Shown: piece by piece, positions 8,354 to 16,453 of the stretch
Numbering within the stretch: the stretch's first letter is position 1
How the letters are laid out: each line of letters begins with the position of its first letter
Assembly (NCBI GenBank): GCA_019637855.1
Contig: JAHBUX010000002.1
Span: 194,806 to 258,805 of the forward strand
DNA from: Bdellovibrionales bacterium
Lineage (GTDB): Bacteria; Bdellovibrionota; Bdellovibrionia; Bdellovibrionales; UBA1609
Length of the DNA stretch: 64,000 nt
Reading direction: 5' to 3'
Position numbers and translations under genes: made by a program
The notes under the pieces: generated by a model
Told to the model about the DNA's origin: nothing
The model's input: the letters and a program-made list of their open reading frames with translations, nothing else
Database searches by the model: none

Positions 8354-8680
8354 GTGAAAGCCTACCCCATTGAGACCGCCTTGGATTTGAACGGCGCCAA
8401 GAAGCCGATTGAAGTGATTTTGCTGACCACCGCAGGATTTCTGGCGCGCCTTAAAGGGCCGGGTATCGTGCACGTGGGCGAGTACTACACCACCTCGTTT
8501 GAACTTCCCGTATTGCAAACCCTGGTCGGCGGCGAAGTGCGGGTGATTAAGACCTACGATCGTAGCGTTGACCCCAAGGCCAAGGTCGTTGACCGCATGG
8601 CGGAACTGCATTTCGAGTCGCTGACTGAAGAGCAACGTAAAAACATCTTGTCGTTTCTATCCGCTATCGGGCAAAAGTAG
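8354..8680 (+). CDS. Small beta-rich protein, possibly a degenerate PilZ-like domain
   Basis: The ORF frame is open from 8252, but that start would overlap the RR gene by 80 nt; an in-frame GTG at 8354 avoids this. The overall pattern (ILLTTAGFLARL ... SFELP ... GGEVRVIKT ... AELHFESL) resembles a PilZ barrel. The RxxxR and D/NxSxxG c-di-GMP motifs are not seen. Confidence 0.5.
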   Translation: MKAYPIETALDLNGAKKPIEVILLTTAGFLARLKGPGIVHVGEYYTTSFELPVLQTLVGGEVRVIKTYDRSVDPKAKVVDRMAELHFESLTEEQRKNILSFLSAIGQK

Positions 8681-8683
8681 CCC

Positions 8684-9229
8684 ATGCGGGTTATCTCAGG
8701 TAAATATCGCGGCCATCACCTGGTCGACTTCAAGGCCGACAACATTCGGCCCACCACGGATCGGGTAAAAGAGACCTTGTTCAATAAATTGATGGGGCGG
8801 GTGGAAGACGCTCGCGTGCTGGATTTGTTTTCGGGCACGGGCAATTTGGCCATCGAATGTATGTCGCGTGGCGCGGCTTGGGTGGACCTGGTTGAAAACC
8901 ATCGCAAGAGTTTGGGCATTATCAAAGAGAATCTGAGCAAGCTCAAGATCAACGAAGGTTTCAAAGTTTTTCCTATCGATGCATTTAAATACATCAAAGA
9001 GTATAGCGGCGAGCCCTATGATCTGGTGATCGCGGACCCGCCGTTCACGCAAGCCTTAGCCGACGATTTGGGCAAGGCGATCGCCTCCAGTCGTCTGTTG
9101 GGGGCTGATACCTGGGTGGTGATTGAAGCCAGCGCCCAAGAGACAGTGCTGGAAAATTACGGCACTTTGGTGCGCTTTGATCAACGCACCTTTGGTGACA
9201 AGCATTTGAACTTTTTTGCGCCGGCTTAG
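8684..9229 (+). CDS. rsmD: 16S rRNA (guanine966-N2)-methyltransferase RsmD
   Basis: MRVISGKYRGHHL...IRPTTDRVKETLFN, the SAM site LDLFSGTGNLAIE, and DLVIADPPF. 181 aa. Confidence 0.85.
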   Translation: MRVISGKYRGHHLVDFKADNIRPTTDRVKETLFNKLMGRVEDARVLDLFSGTGNLAIECMSRGAAWVDLVENHRKSLGIIKENLSKLKINEGFKVFPIDAFKYIKEYSGEPYDLVIADPPFTQALADDLGKAIASSRLLGADTWVVIEASAQETVLENYGTLVRFDQRTFGDKHLNFFAPA

Positions 9230-10959
9230 TTTCCTGCGGTTTTGCCTTTTCCGATGTGCAGATTGTCGCAGGCCAACAGCTCTTGCGCTTTCAGCAACTG
9301 ATAGTCAGCGTTTTCCGGATCGAGCGCATACTTCGCTTCGGCCTTGCCGGTCAGGCAGACTTTGTTCAAACGTGCGACTTCCGTGGCACGGGATTGAACC
9401 CAGGGCGCACCTTCAGGCGGCAAAGCGGTGGGATAGATATCGCCTTCACGGGCGGCAAACTTCTCTTCCTCAGTGGCGTTGGGGGTAGCGAAGACTTCGA
9501 AGTCTGGTTGGATACCTACAATCTGATTGGTGCGACCGCTCGGTTGATAAAAGCGAGCCACGGTTTCAATGCGCACCAAATCCTCTTGATTCAAATCCTG
9601 CAGGACTGATTGCGTAGTGGCTTTACCGAAAGTGGTGGTGCCGACCAGATACGCGCGAAGGTAGTCTTGCAGAGCGCCCGCCACGATCTCCGACGCGCTG
9701 GCCGAACTTTCGTTGATAAGAAGAACCATGGGTAGCTCGGTTATTTTCTTCTCTTTGCTTACGGTGAACTTAATGGGAGAGGTGGAGGTCACGCCATTGC
9801 TCACTCGGCGTTCCCCCACGATTTTCATGGGACCCACGAACAATCCCCCGATGCAAACCGCTTCATCCAGTAAGCCGCCAGTGTTGCCGCGCAAGTCGAA
9901 GATAATCCCGCGGATGTTCTCACCTTTTGCATCGCGAATGGCCTCGCGAACGGAGGCGCAGGAGCGGTCATCGAAACTTTCAGCCAGTTTGACGTGCAGC
10001 AGGTCCTTGCCCATGTCATGCAGTACATTGTGGGTCAGATTTTTTATTTCTATCGGCGCTCGAGTCACGAGGTACTCGAACGTCTGTTCGCCGCGGCGAA
10101 TCTGCAGCGTAACGCCGCTACCTTCACGTCCGCGAACTCGTTGGATTACCCGATCTAGATCCTCTTCGACAGGCTTGCCGTCGATTTGCAAAACAACATC
10201 CTGAGTCTTAAGGCCGGCCGTCTCGGCGGCTGAACCGGGCATGACTTTATGAATGACTACGCTTTTCTCGATCGCCTTAAATTCGACACCAACACCAAAA
10301 AAAGTAACGTCGGAATTGGCGGTGCGCGCTCGCAAATAATTTTGCGGAGCCAGTCTTCCGTGGCCATCGTGTACACCGATCATAGCGTTGACGGCGTCAC
10401 CAATGGATCGTTGTTCTGAGATCGTATCGCTGCGTGTTTGCAAAACGTCATAGGCGAAGGTTACGAAAGTGATATCGACCATATCCGCGGAGAACTCGCC
10501 GTTCTTGATGCTTTTTTGATTGGCTTTGAAATTGGCGCTGGCCGCTTCCTTCAAGAGTTGGCGACTGATGCGTATGATTTCTACTTTGCGTCGGATCGTC
10601 GGAGCCATGGGGGCTGCAGTTACGACCTCTACAAGATCAAAAGCACCAAATTCCTGCAGAGTTTTTACTCTCAATTCTGGAAGGAGCTCGGGCTGTTTTC
10701 TTGGCATCAGGGCAATGCGCGGGTCGGCATCCTGACCCAACGAATTGATAAGCTCGATACAACCTAAGTAGTTTTTTTCAGACTGATGGCAGGGGTACAT
10801 TTTCTGAATGTAGTGGAAGATCAGGCTGAAATCCGTGCGTGTTTCGGTCCAACCTTTTTCAGGGTCGTCGTTTTTCGCGGTCGCGGACAATGTGATCAAG
10901 ACAGACAAAACCAACACGAACGGCTGCCAACCGAACCAACGCTTCACTCTATCCTCCAA
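9226..10959 (-). CDS. S41 family C-terminal processing peptidase with PDZ domain, secreted
   Basis: N-terminal signal/TM segment. PDZ region (VMPGSAAETAGLKTQDVVLQIDGKPV). S41 motifs IIFDLRGNTGGLLDEA and VLLINESSASASEIVAGALQD. Confidence 0.9.
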   Translation of the reverse strand: MEDRVKRWFGWQPFVLVLSVLITLSATAKNDDPEKGWTETRTDFSLIFHYIQKMYPCHQSEKNYLGCIELINSLGQDADPRIALMPRKQPELLPELRVKTLQEFGAFDLVEVVTAAPMAPTIRRKVEIIRISRQLLKEAASANFKANQKSIKNGEFSADMVDITFVTFAYDVLQTRSDTISEQRSIGDAVNAMIGVHDGHGRLAPQNYLRARTANSDVTFFGVGVEFKAIEKSVVIHKVMPGSAAETAGLKTQDVVLQIDGKPVEEDLDRVIQRVRGREGSGVTLQIRRGEQTFEYLVTRAPIEIKNLTHNVLHDMGKDLLHVKLAESFDDRSCASVREAIRDAKGENIRGIIFDLRGNTGGLLDEAVCIGGLFVGPMKIVGERRVSNGVTSTSPIKFTVSKEKKITELPMVLLINESSASASEIVAGALQDYLRAYLVGTTTFGKATTQSVLQDLNQEDLVRIETVARFYQPSGRTNQIVGIQPDFEVFATPNATEEEKFAAREGDIYPTALPPEGAPWVQSRATEVARLNKVCLTGKAEAKYALDPENADYQLLKAQELLACDNLHIGKGKTAGN

Positions 10960-10986
10960 GTGATATGGAGCTCCTCAAAGCAGTTT

Positions 10987-11076
10987 AGGTGCCAATACGG
11001 CACGGGTAGCGAGGTTTTGCAAACTCAGGTGCCATAACGATGCAGGCGGGCGGCCGCGGTGTTTCCCTGCAAACTC
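10987..11076. repeat. Imperfect tandem duplication (about 40 and 50 nt) in the S41-coaD divergent intergenic region
   Basis: aggtgcca occurs at 10987-10994 and 11027-11034. tgcaaactc occurs at 11018-11026 and 11068-11076. cctgaa(a/g)g recurs three times further downstream. Confidence 0.5.
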
Positions 11077-11223
11077 CTGAAAGGAGTATAGGAAGGTCCA
11101 TCACCCGGGGCGCACTTGAAGTATGCGGAACACTTATGCAGCATTTTCCTTTCTTCACGGACCCTGAAGTTTGACCCGCGCGGCAAGGGGGTGCTAAGTC
11201 CTTAGCTTTCCTGAAGGACACCC

Positions 11224-11712
11224 ATGGTTAAGGCGATTTATCCTGGCAGTTTCGATCCCATCACACTGGGGCACTTGGACATCATCCGCCGTATTCAACC
11301 GCTGTTTTCCGAGCTCGTGGTGGTGGTCGCCAACTCTCAGCGCAAACAGTACCTGTTCTCTTTGGAGGAGCGGGTGCAGTTGATCCAGCAGAATTTGGGC
11401 AGTCTGCCCAACGTGCGCATCGACAAATGTGATGGTCTGATTGTCGACTACGCCGCCGCCGCCGGCGCTCAGGTGATCGTGCGTGGCTTGCGCGCGGTCT
11501 CGGACTTCGAATCTGAATACGCGATGAGTGCGATGAACAGAAAGCTCAACTCGCACGTCGAAACCATGATCGTCTTCACACGTCCCGAATACAGTTTTGT
11601 CGCCTCCACCATGGTGAAGGAGGTCGCCCATCATGGCGGTGATCTATCCAACCTGGTACCGACCAATGTTATCAGCGCTCTCGCCGGGCGCATTCAAGTT
11701 AAAGGAAGATAA
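11224..11712 (+). CDS. coaD: Phosphopantetheine adenylyltransferase
   Basis: MVKAIYPGSFDPITLGHLDIIRR (nucleotidyltransferase HxGH-type motif), plus RGLRAVSDFEYE-like and SSTMVKEV regions. 162 aa. Confidence 0.95.
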   Translation: MVKAIYPGSFDPITLGHLDIIRRIQPLFSELVVVVANSQRKQYLFSLEERVQLIQQNLGSLPNVRIDKCDGLIVDYAAAAGAQVIVRGLRAVSDFESEYAMSAMNRKLNSHVETMIVFTRPEYSFVASTMVKEVAHHGGDLSNLVPTNVISALAGRIQVKGR

Positions 11713-12909
11713 GTGCTGTCAAAAAAAGCTCTCAGTTTGAAACCGTCTCCCACCCTTGCCATCGCGGCCAAAGCCAAAGAGCTGGCGGCGCAAGGCCACT
11801 CAGTCATTTCGCTCTCGGTAGGGGAGCCTGATTGGGACACGTTCGCAGCCATCAAAGATGCCGGTTGCCAAGCCATTCAAGCCGGTCAAACCAAATATGG
11901 ACCGTCAAATGGAAGTCCGCAACTGCGCACGGCGGTCGCGCACAGAACCAAAGAGCTTCTTGGCGTCGACTATACACCTAACGAAGTCACGGTCAGCGCC
12001 GGTGCGAAATTTATCCTGTACGCGGCTTTGCAGATGCTCGTTGATCCGGGTGATGAGGTTTTGATCCCTGCGCCCTACTGGGTCAGCTATCCCACCATGG
12101 TTGAGCTGGTCGATGGCGTGCCGGTGATCGTGCAGTCAGACGAGCTCAGTGGTTTCAAAGCCCAAGGCGTGCACCTTGAAAAGAAAGTGACGCCGAAAAC
12201 AAAAGTTCTGCTTTTGAATTCACCCAACAATCCCACCGGTCAAATGTACACCCGCGCTGAGATTGAGGGCATCGTGTCCTTCTTGCGCCGTCATCCGCAG
12301 ATCGTGGTGATCAGCGACGACATTTACAATCAGCTGGTGTTTGAAGGCGAGAAAGTGGCGCCGCACATTTTGCACGTGGCTCCCGATCTCAAAGATCGCG
12401 TCCTTGTTGTGAATGGCGCTTCGAAAACCTATTCGATGACTGGTTGGCGTATTGCTTGGGCGCTCGGTAACGAGAGCTTGATCAAAGCCATGTCGAATTA
12501 CCAATCGCAAACCGTCAGCTGCGCCAGCCCCTTCACGCAAACGGCCGCCCTCACTGGACTTCAGGCGTGTGACGCCGAGGTCTTGCGTGGGGTCGAGTTG
12601 CTGCGCGAAAGGCGCAATCTTTTTGTCGAAGCGCTGAACAATGTTCCTGGCTGGAGGTCGGGGCTACCGCAAGGTGCGTTCTACGTGTGGGCCGATATCC
12701 GCGAGTTGCTTGGTCGCAGATGGCATGGTCGCGAGTTGAAAACCTCCAATGACTTTGCTTCGGCGCTGCTGGAGAGCCAATACGTCGCCGTCGTCCCTGG
12801 CGCTGAGAGCGGCCTGGACGGATATTTGCGTTTGAGCTTCGCGGTTCATGAACGCGATCTCAACGAAGCGGTGAAGAGAATTCGTTTATTCACCGACAGC
12901 CTAGACTAG
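11713..12909 (+). CDS. Class-I PLP-dependent aminotransferase (aspartate aminotransferase-like)
   Basis: 398 aa. Motifs: LSVGEPDWDT, LLNSPNNPTG, and the PLP-lysine region NGASKTYSMTGWRIAW. The GTG start abuts the coaD stop. Confidence 0.9.
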   Translation: MLSKKALSLKPSPTLAIAAKAKELAAQGHSVISLSVGEPDWDTFAAIKDAGCQAIQAGQTKYGPSNGSPQLRTAVAHRTKELLGVDYTPNEVTVSAGAKFILYAALQMLVDPGDEVLIPAPYWVSYPTMVELVDGVPVIVQSDELSGFKAQGVHLEKKVTPKTKVLLLNSPNNPTGQMYTRAEIEGIVSFLRRHPQIVVISDDIYNQLVFEGEKVAPHILHVAPDLKDRVLVVNGASKTYSMTGWRIAWALGNESLIKAMSNYQSQTVSCASPFTQTAALTGLQACDAEVLRGVELLRERRNLFVEALNNVPGWRSGLPQGAFYVWADIRELLGRRWHGRELKTSNDFASALLESQYVAVVPGAESGLDGYLRLSFAVHERDLNEAVKRIRLFTDSLD

Positions 12910-12979
12910 AGGAAAGCCGCGTCCAACTTGTGAAGCCGGTTTCCTGCGCCTTAGACTGTTATAAACGGGGAGGCGCCGC

Positions 12980-14062
12980 GTGTCCGTCTGGGCTTTGCTA
13001 CAGATCGTATTTAATCTGATTCTATTTGCCGGAGTTTTCGCGTTATGGCTGCGCCTCAAGCGTCCGCCGCAGGACGATCCGCGTTTGAGCCGCGGTTTAC
13101 AGCTGCTGCAAACCAAGATCACTGTGCTCGAAGACCTTTCTGACCGCACCGACAATCAAGTGAAGCAACTGACGGCGTTGCTCGATCAGAAGACGCGCAG
13201 CTTACAGAACAAGGTGCTTGAGGCTGAGCAGCAGATCATGAAGATCGACCACTCGATGAACAAGAGTTTGGAAGTGGCCGAAATTTTCCAAGATAAAATC
13301 CCGCATCAAGAGATTGTTGAACGCCAACAAAAAGTGGAGTACGTGCGCGCCGCGCGCATGGCGCATTCGGGTTTAAGCGTGGACGAGATCTCCGCGCAAG
13401 TGGCTTTGCCGCGCGAACAAGTGGAGTTGATCGCCAAGTTCAATCGTGAGCAACTGATGTTTGACGAAGACCGTTTGCCCGAGTGGGCCAGCCGCGGTCT
13501 TGAACGCGATGAAGGTGCGGGCGAGTTCAGCCTGACTGACATCGACTTTGTCGGCAATCTTGAAAAACCGCAGCCCGATTTGAATCAGATGGCTAAGATC
13601 GGTCAGGACTTCAAACAGGCGATCGAAACCGTGAAGCAGCAAGAGATTGAAGCCAATCAAACCTTGATGGACTCCAAAGTGGCCGAACACTTGCGCGCCA
13701 CTATGGCGAGCTCGATGCAGACCATGCAACCTGCCGTGATGTCGATGCGGGCAACCGCGCAGACTCTGAAAGAAAAACTGGTGGCCACTGCGGAAGAGCT
13801 ATTGCGCGCTCAGCAACAAAACTCCACCATAGCGCCATCTCCGGCGCGCCCGGCGCAGACCTTTGCGGCGACGGCGTTCCAAGATGCCAGCGGTCTGGAC
13901 AATCAACCGATCCGCCCGAGCGAGTTAAAGTCGCTGATGAACTCGCAGCCCACCGTTAAGAAAGTGGAAGCTCCGGCGCCCCCCGTCAGCCGCTTTGGTT
14001 CGCCTATTCGTGGCGACTCGGCTGAAGTGAAGCGGGTCGTGTTCCCTCGTATCGAGAAGTAA
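12980..14062 (+). CDS. Membrane-anchored coiled-coil protein, unknown function
   Basis: N-terminal TM helix (VWALLQIVFNLILFAGVFALWL) followed by a long coiled coil. The segment MAHSGLSVDEISAQVALPREQVELIAKF looks like a small HTH. No family assigned. Confidence 0.7.
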   Translation: MSVWALLQIVFNLILFAGVFALWLRLKRPPQDDPRLSRGLQLLQTKITVLEDLSDRTDNQVKQLTALLDQKTRSLQNKVLEAEQQIMKIDHSMNKSLEVAEIFQDKIPHQEIVERQQKVEYVRAARMAHSGLSVDEISAQVALPREQVELIAKFNREQLMFDEDRLPEWASRGLERDEGAGEFSLTDIDFVGNLEKPQPDLNQMAKIGQDFKQAIETVKQQEIEANQTLMDSKVAEHLRATMASSMQTMQPAVMSMRATAQTLKEKLVATAEELLRAQQQNSTIAPSPARPAQTFAATAFQDASGLDNQPIRPSELKSLMNSQPTVKKVEAPAPPVSRFGSPIRGDSAEVKRVVFPRIEK

Positions 14063-14084
14063 AACTTTCTTTCCTGTGTAAAGA

Positions 14085-14129
14085 GCCTTCACACTGCCTT
14101 GGATCGACCGAGGCGGTGAAGGCTTTTTT
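14085..14129 (+). terminator. Rho-independent terminator
   Basis: The stem gccttcac (14085-14092) pairs with gtgaaggc (14116-14123) and is followed by TTTTTT (14124-14129). It lies 23 nt after the stop at 14062. Confidence 0.6.
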
Positions 14130-14184
14130 CACACTCTGTGCCCCCTAACCACGGCACTCAAATTGCTCTTGTGCTCAGCCACTC

Positions 14185-14928
14185 ATGAGCACAAAGTTTC
14201 CACCCTGGGCCGCCCGCCTTGTCGCAGCCCTGATTTTGCTGACTGCCGTCCCGGCCCAGGCCGATCTGTTCCAGTATTGCCAAGATCTTTTGCTGCCCCC
14301 CAGAAATGCCTTTACGGACGGACGCGTTGAAGCGGCCTTCGCTCGTATCCAAGAATACTGGCGGACCGAGTTCATAGAGCGCGGCTGGCCCTATGAGCCC
14401 GCGAGGTTGGTTCTTCACAGTGGTGTAGTTGACAGTGCCTGCGGTGCTTTGAGGAATCTGGGGCCGATTTATTGTGGCCTGGATACCACGGTGTACATCG
14501 ATTTGGCGTACTTTACGTCAGAATGGATCGAGATGTTCGGTCCTCCCGATCTAGCACTTTTAAATTATGTTTTAGCTCATGAGCTAGGTCATCATGTTCA
14601 GTTCAACCGTCGTCCGCATCTTTTCAGCGGAAATCATTACACTCGGTCAGAGATGATAGCTCTCGTACCAAGAGTAGAGATGCAGGCCGATTGCCTCGCC
14701 GGTGTGTATCTCCACTATGCGGTCAAAAATGGAGACGTTCGCAAATCTGTCGCCCAAAAGGCGCCGGACCTTGCCTATGGATTTGGCGACGATGTGATGG
14801 ACTTGCGTAGTTTAGGACGGGGCGTGCAGCCGAAAAAAACGGAATGGGAGCACGGTTCCGGCGTGCAACGTTCGACCTGGTTGAGTCTTGGACTGACTTC
14901 CGGTGACTTAACGGGCTGTGAACCATGA
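14185..14928 (+). CDS. Secreted neutral zinc metallopeptidase (YpfJ-like)
   Basis: Signal peptide (AARLVAALILLTAVPAQA). GPIYCGLDTTVYIDLAYF and the HExxH site LAHELGHHVQ match the YpfJ-type putative metalloprotease pattern. Confidence 0.75.
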   Translation: MSTKFPPWAARLVAALILLTAVPAQADLFQYCQDLLLPPRNAFTDGRVEAAFARIQEYWRTEFIERGWPYEPARLVLHSGVVDSACGALRNLGPIYCGLDTTVYIDLAYFTSEWIEMFGPPDLALLNYVLAHELGHHVQFNRRPHLFSGNHYTRSEMIALVPRVEMQADCLAGVYLHYAVKNGDVRKSVAQKAPDLAYGFGDDVMDLRSLGRGVQPKKTEWEHGSGVQRSTWLSLGLTSGDLTGCEP

Positions 14929-15319
14929 TTCGCCTCGCATTCTTGGTCGCGGCATTCACTCTCACGTCGGTGGCCTCGGCCTCGGAGCTGAAGTCGACAA
15001 CATCCGTGCCATCTTCGTGCGCAAGAACCCTCTCTCGTCCGCACAGCGTGCGGCGGCCGTCGAACTCGGACATTTCACTCAGATGGTGGCCGATGAAATT
15101 CCTGAGCGTGCCTATTTGATTGGGGACGATGTGCTGGCCGAAAATCGCACCCGCTTAAAAATGGAAAGATTGGGCGGCCGCAATCTGCACGGAACCGGTG
15201 AGGCGCGCCGCGAGTGGACAGCCCGCGGTCAAAGTTTGGGCCGTTTGGAAAACTGTGAGCCGTTTTCCTCCAGCACTCTTTTAGAGACCTATGCACCGGG
15301 ATTTTTCCCGCTGCTCTAG
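14918..15319 (+). CDS. Hypothetical protein; start/frame ambiguous (possible frameshifted secreted protein)
   Basis: The 133-aa ORF has an unconvincing N-terminus. The ATGA-coupled alternative frame at 14925 encodes a clean signal peptide (MIRLAFLVAAFTLTSVASA) but stops at 15119. See findings. Confidence 0.4.
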   Translation: MNHDSPRILGRGIHSHVGGLGLGAEVDNIRAIFVRKNPLSSAQRAAAVELGHFTQMVADEIPERAYLIGDDVLAENRTRLKMERLGGRNLHGTGEARREWTARGQSLGRLENCEPFSSSTLLETYAPGFFPLL

Positions 15320-15813
15320 CGAGCCGAATCCTTCACGAAGCGGCTCATATAGTAACGAACCAGATAATCGATATTGATGGGATGATCGTTGTAGGTCCAC
15401 TGCAGCTGACCGAAGGCGCCCCAGGTGGCGCGTAGGTGATCGGCTGGAGCAGTTTCTTCTTTGGCGGTGCCGGGAACGTAGTGCGCACCCGCACTTGAGT
15501 ACGCCACGGTGATGGCACCCGGTTGGCGCAAAGAGAAGATCAGTTTGTAGCCATTGCGGAATAACATAAAGTCGGCTTTGGTTTTTGAAATGCCGTAGAT
15601 GCGTAGGTGACCGAGAGTCGAACCTTTGAGCGAGTTGAAAGCCGAAGCCGCTTCGACGAAAGACGCTTTCAGATCATTGATAAAATCAACGGTGGCTTCT
15701 TCCAGTTGGCGGGCGGGATCGAATCCGGCTTCCATGTCCACCACACCGGCCTCTTCCATCTGTTGCTCAGCCAGCACCAGTTCTTTGATCCAAGTGAGTT
15801 TTTCCATCGCCAT
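15316..15813 (-). CDS. Hypothetical protein (165 aa)
   Basis: Intact ORF downstream of ssb on the same strand, with balanced composition. No motif recognised. Confidence 0.65.
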   Translation of the reverse strand: MAMEKLTWIKELVLAEQQMEEAGVVDMEAGFDPARQLEEATVDFINDLKASFVEAASAFNSLKGSTLGHLRIYGISKTKADFMLFRNGYKLIFSLRQPGAITVAYSSAGAHYVPGTAKEETAPADHLRATWGAFGQLQWTYNDHPINIDYLVRYYMSRFVKDSAR

Positions 15814-15867
15814 CCCCTCTTAAGTTCAGGGGCCGCGCGAACGCGAACCCCTTAAGCTCTTCACGCA

Positions 15868-16269
15868 TCATGCAGGATGCGCCACAGCATTATGATTTCG
15901 TGCGCCTTCCGGATTGTCAAGATTCGCCGCCATGGAGGCGCCTCGATTGAGATTCCAGAAATTTACGGAGTCGGCCGTGATGGTGCTTTTGAATACTTGG
16001 CCGTTGCCGTCTTCTTTCCAGTAGGTCAGATGGCCTTCGACCCACACGCCGCAGCCTTTTTGCATGTGCTCGGCGCAGATCTCGGCCAACTTACCCCACA
16101 CGAACACCGAGTGCCAATCCCTATGGTCCTCCCAAGTTCCGTCTTCTTTGGGGCGCGAGCGCGAGGTGGCGACCCTTAAGCGCACGTAGTATTTGCCGTT
16201 CTTTGACTGTAACAGCTCGGGCGCTTGGCCCAAGTTTCCCATCAAAGTGACGCGATTTAGACTTCTCAT
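15868..16269 (-). CDS. ssb: Single-stranded DNA-binding protein paralog lacking the acidic C-terminal tip
   Basis: OB-fold signature (NRVTLMGNLGQAPELL...WHSVFVWGKLAEICAEHMQKGCGVWVEGHL). GAAGGAGG RBS 6 nt before the ATG at 16269. The C-terminus is ...NHNAVAHPA rather than the D-D-D-I-P-F type. Confidence 0.85.
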   Translation of the reverse strand: MRSLNRVTLMGNLGQAPELLQSKNGKYYVRLRVATSRSRPKEDGTWEDHRDWHSVFVWGKLAEICAEHMQKGCGVWVEGHLTYWKEDGNGQVFKSTITADSVNFWNLNRGASMAANLDNPEGARNHNAVAHPA

Positions 16270-16453
16270 GAACAACCTCCTTCAGGTGTTTGGACAGGAG
16301 ATGTGTGCAAGAGGGAATGCCGGCTGAGCACGCACTGGTTGCACAATGGCGCTAGTGTCCGTCCGAGAATCAGAATGTTGCTTAGCGACAGACGTAGACT
16401 TCAGTCCGGGTTTACTCAAAAATTCTAAGTAAATTCAATAAGGAGATTGCATC

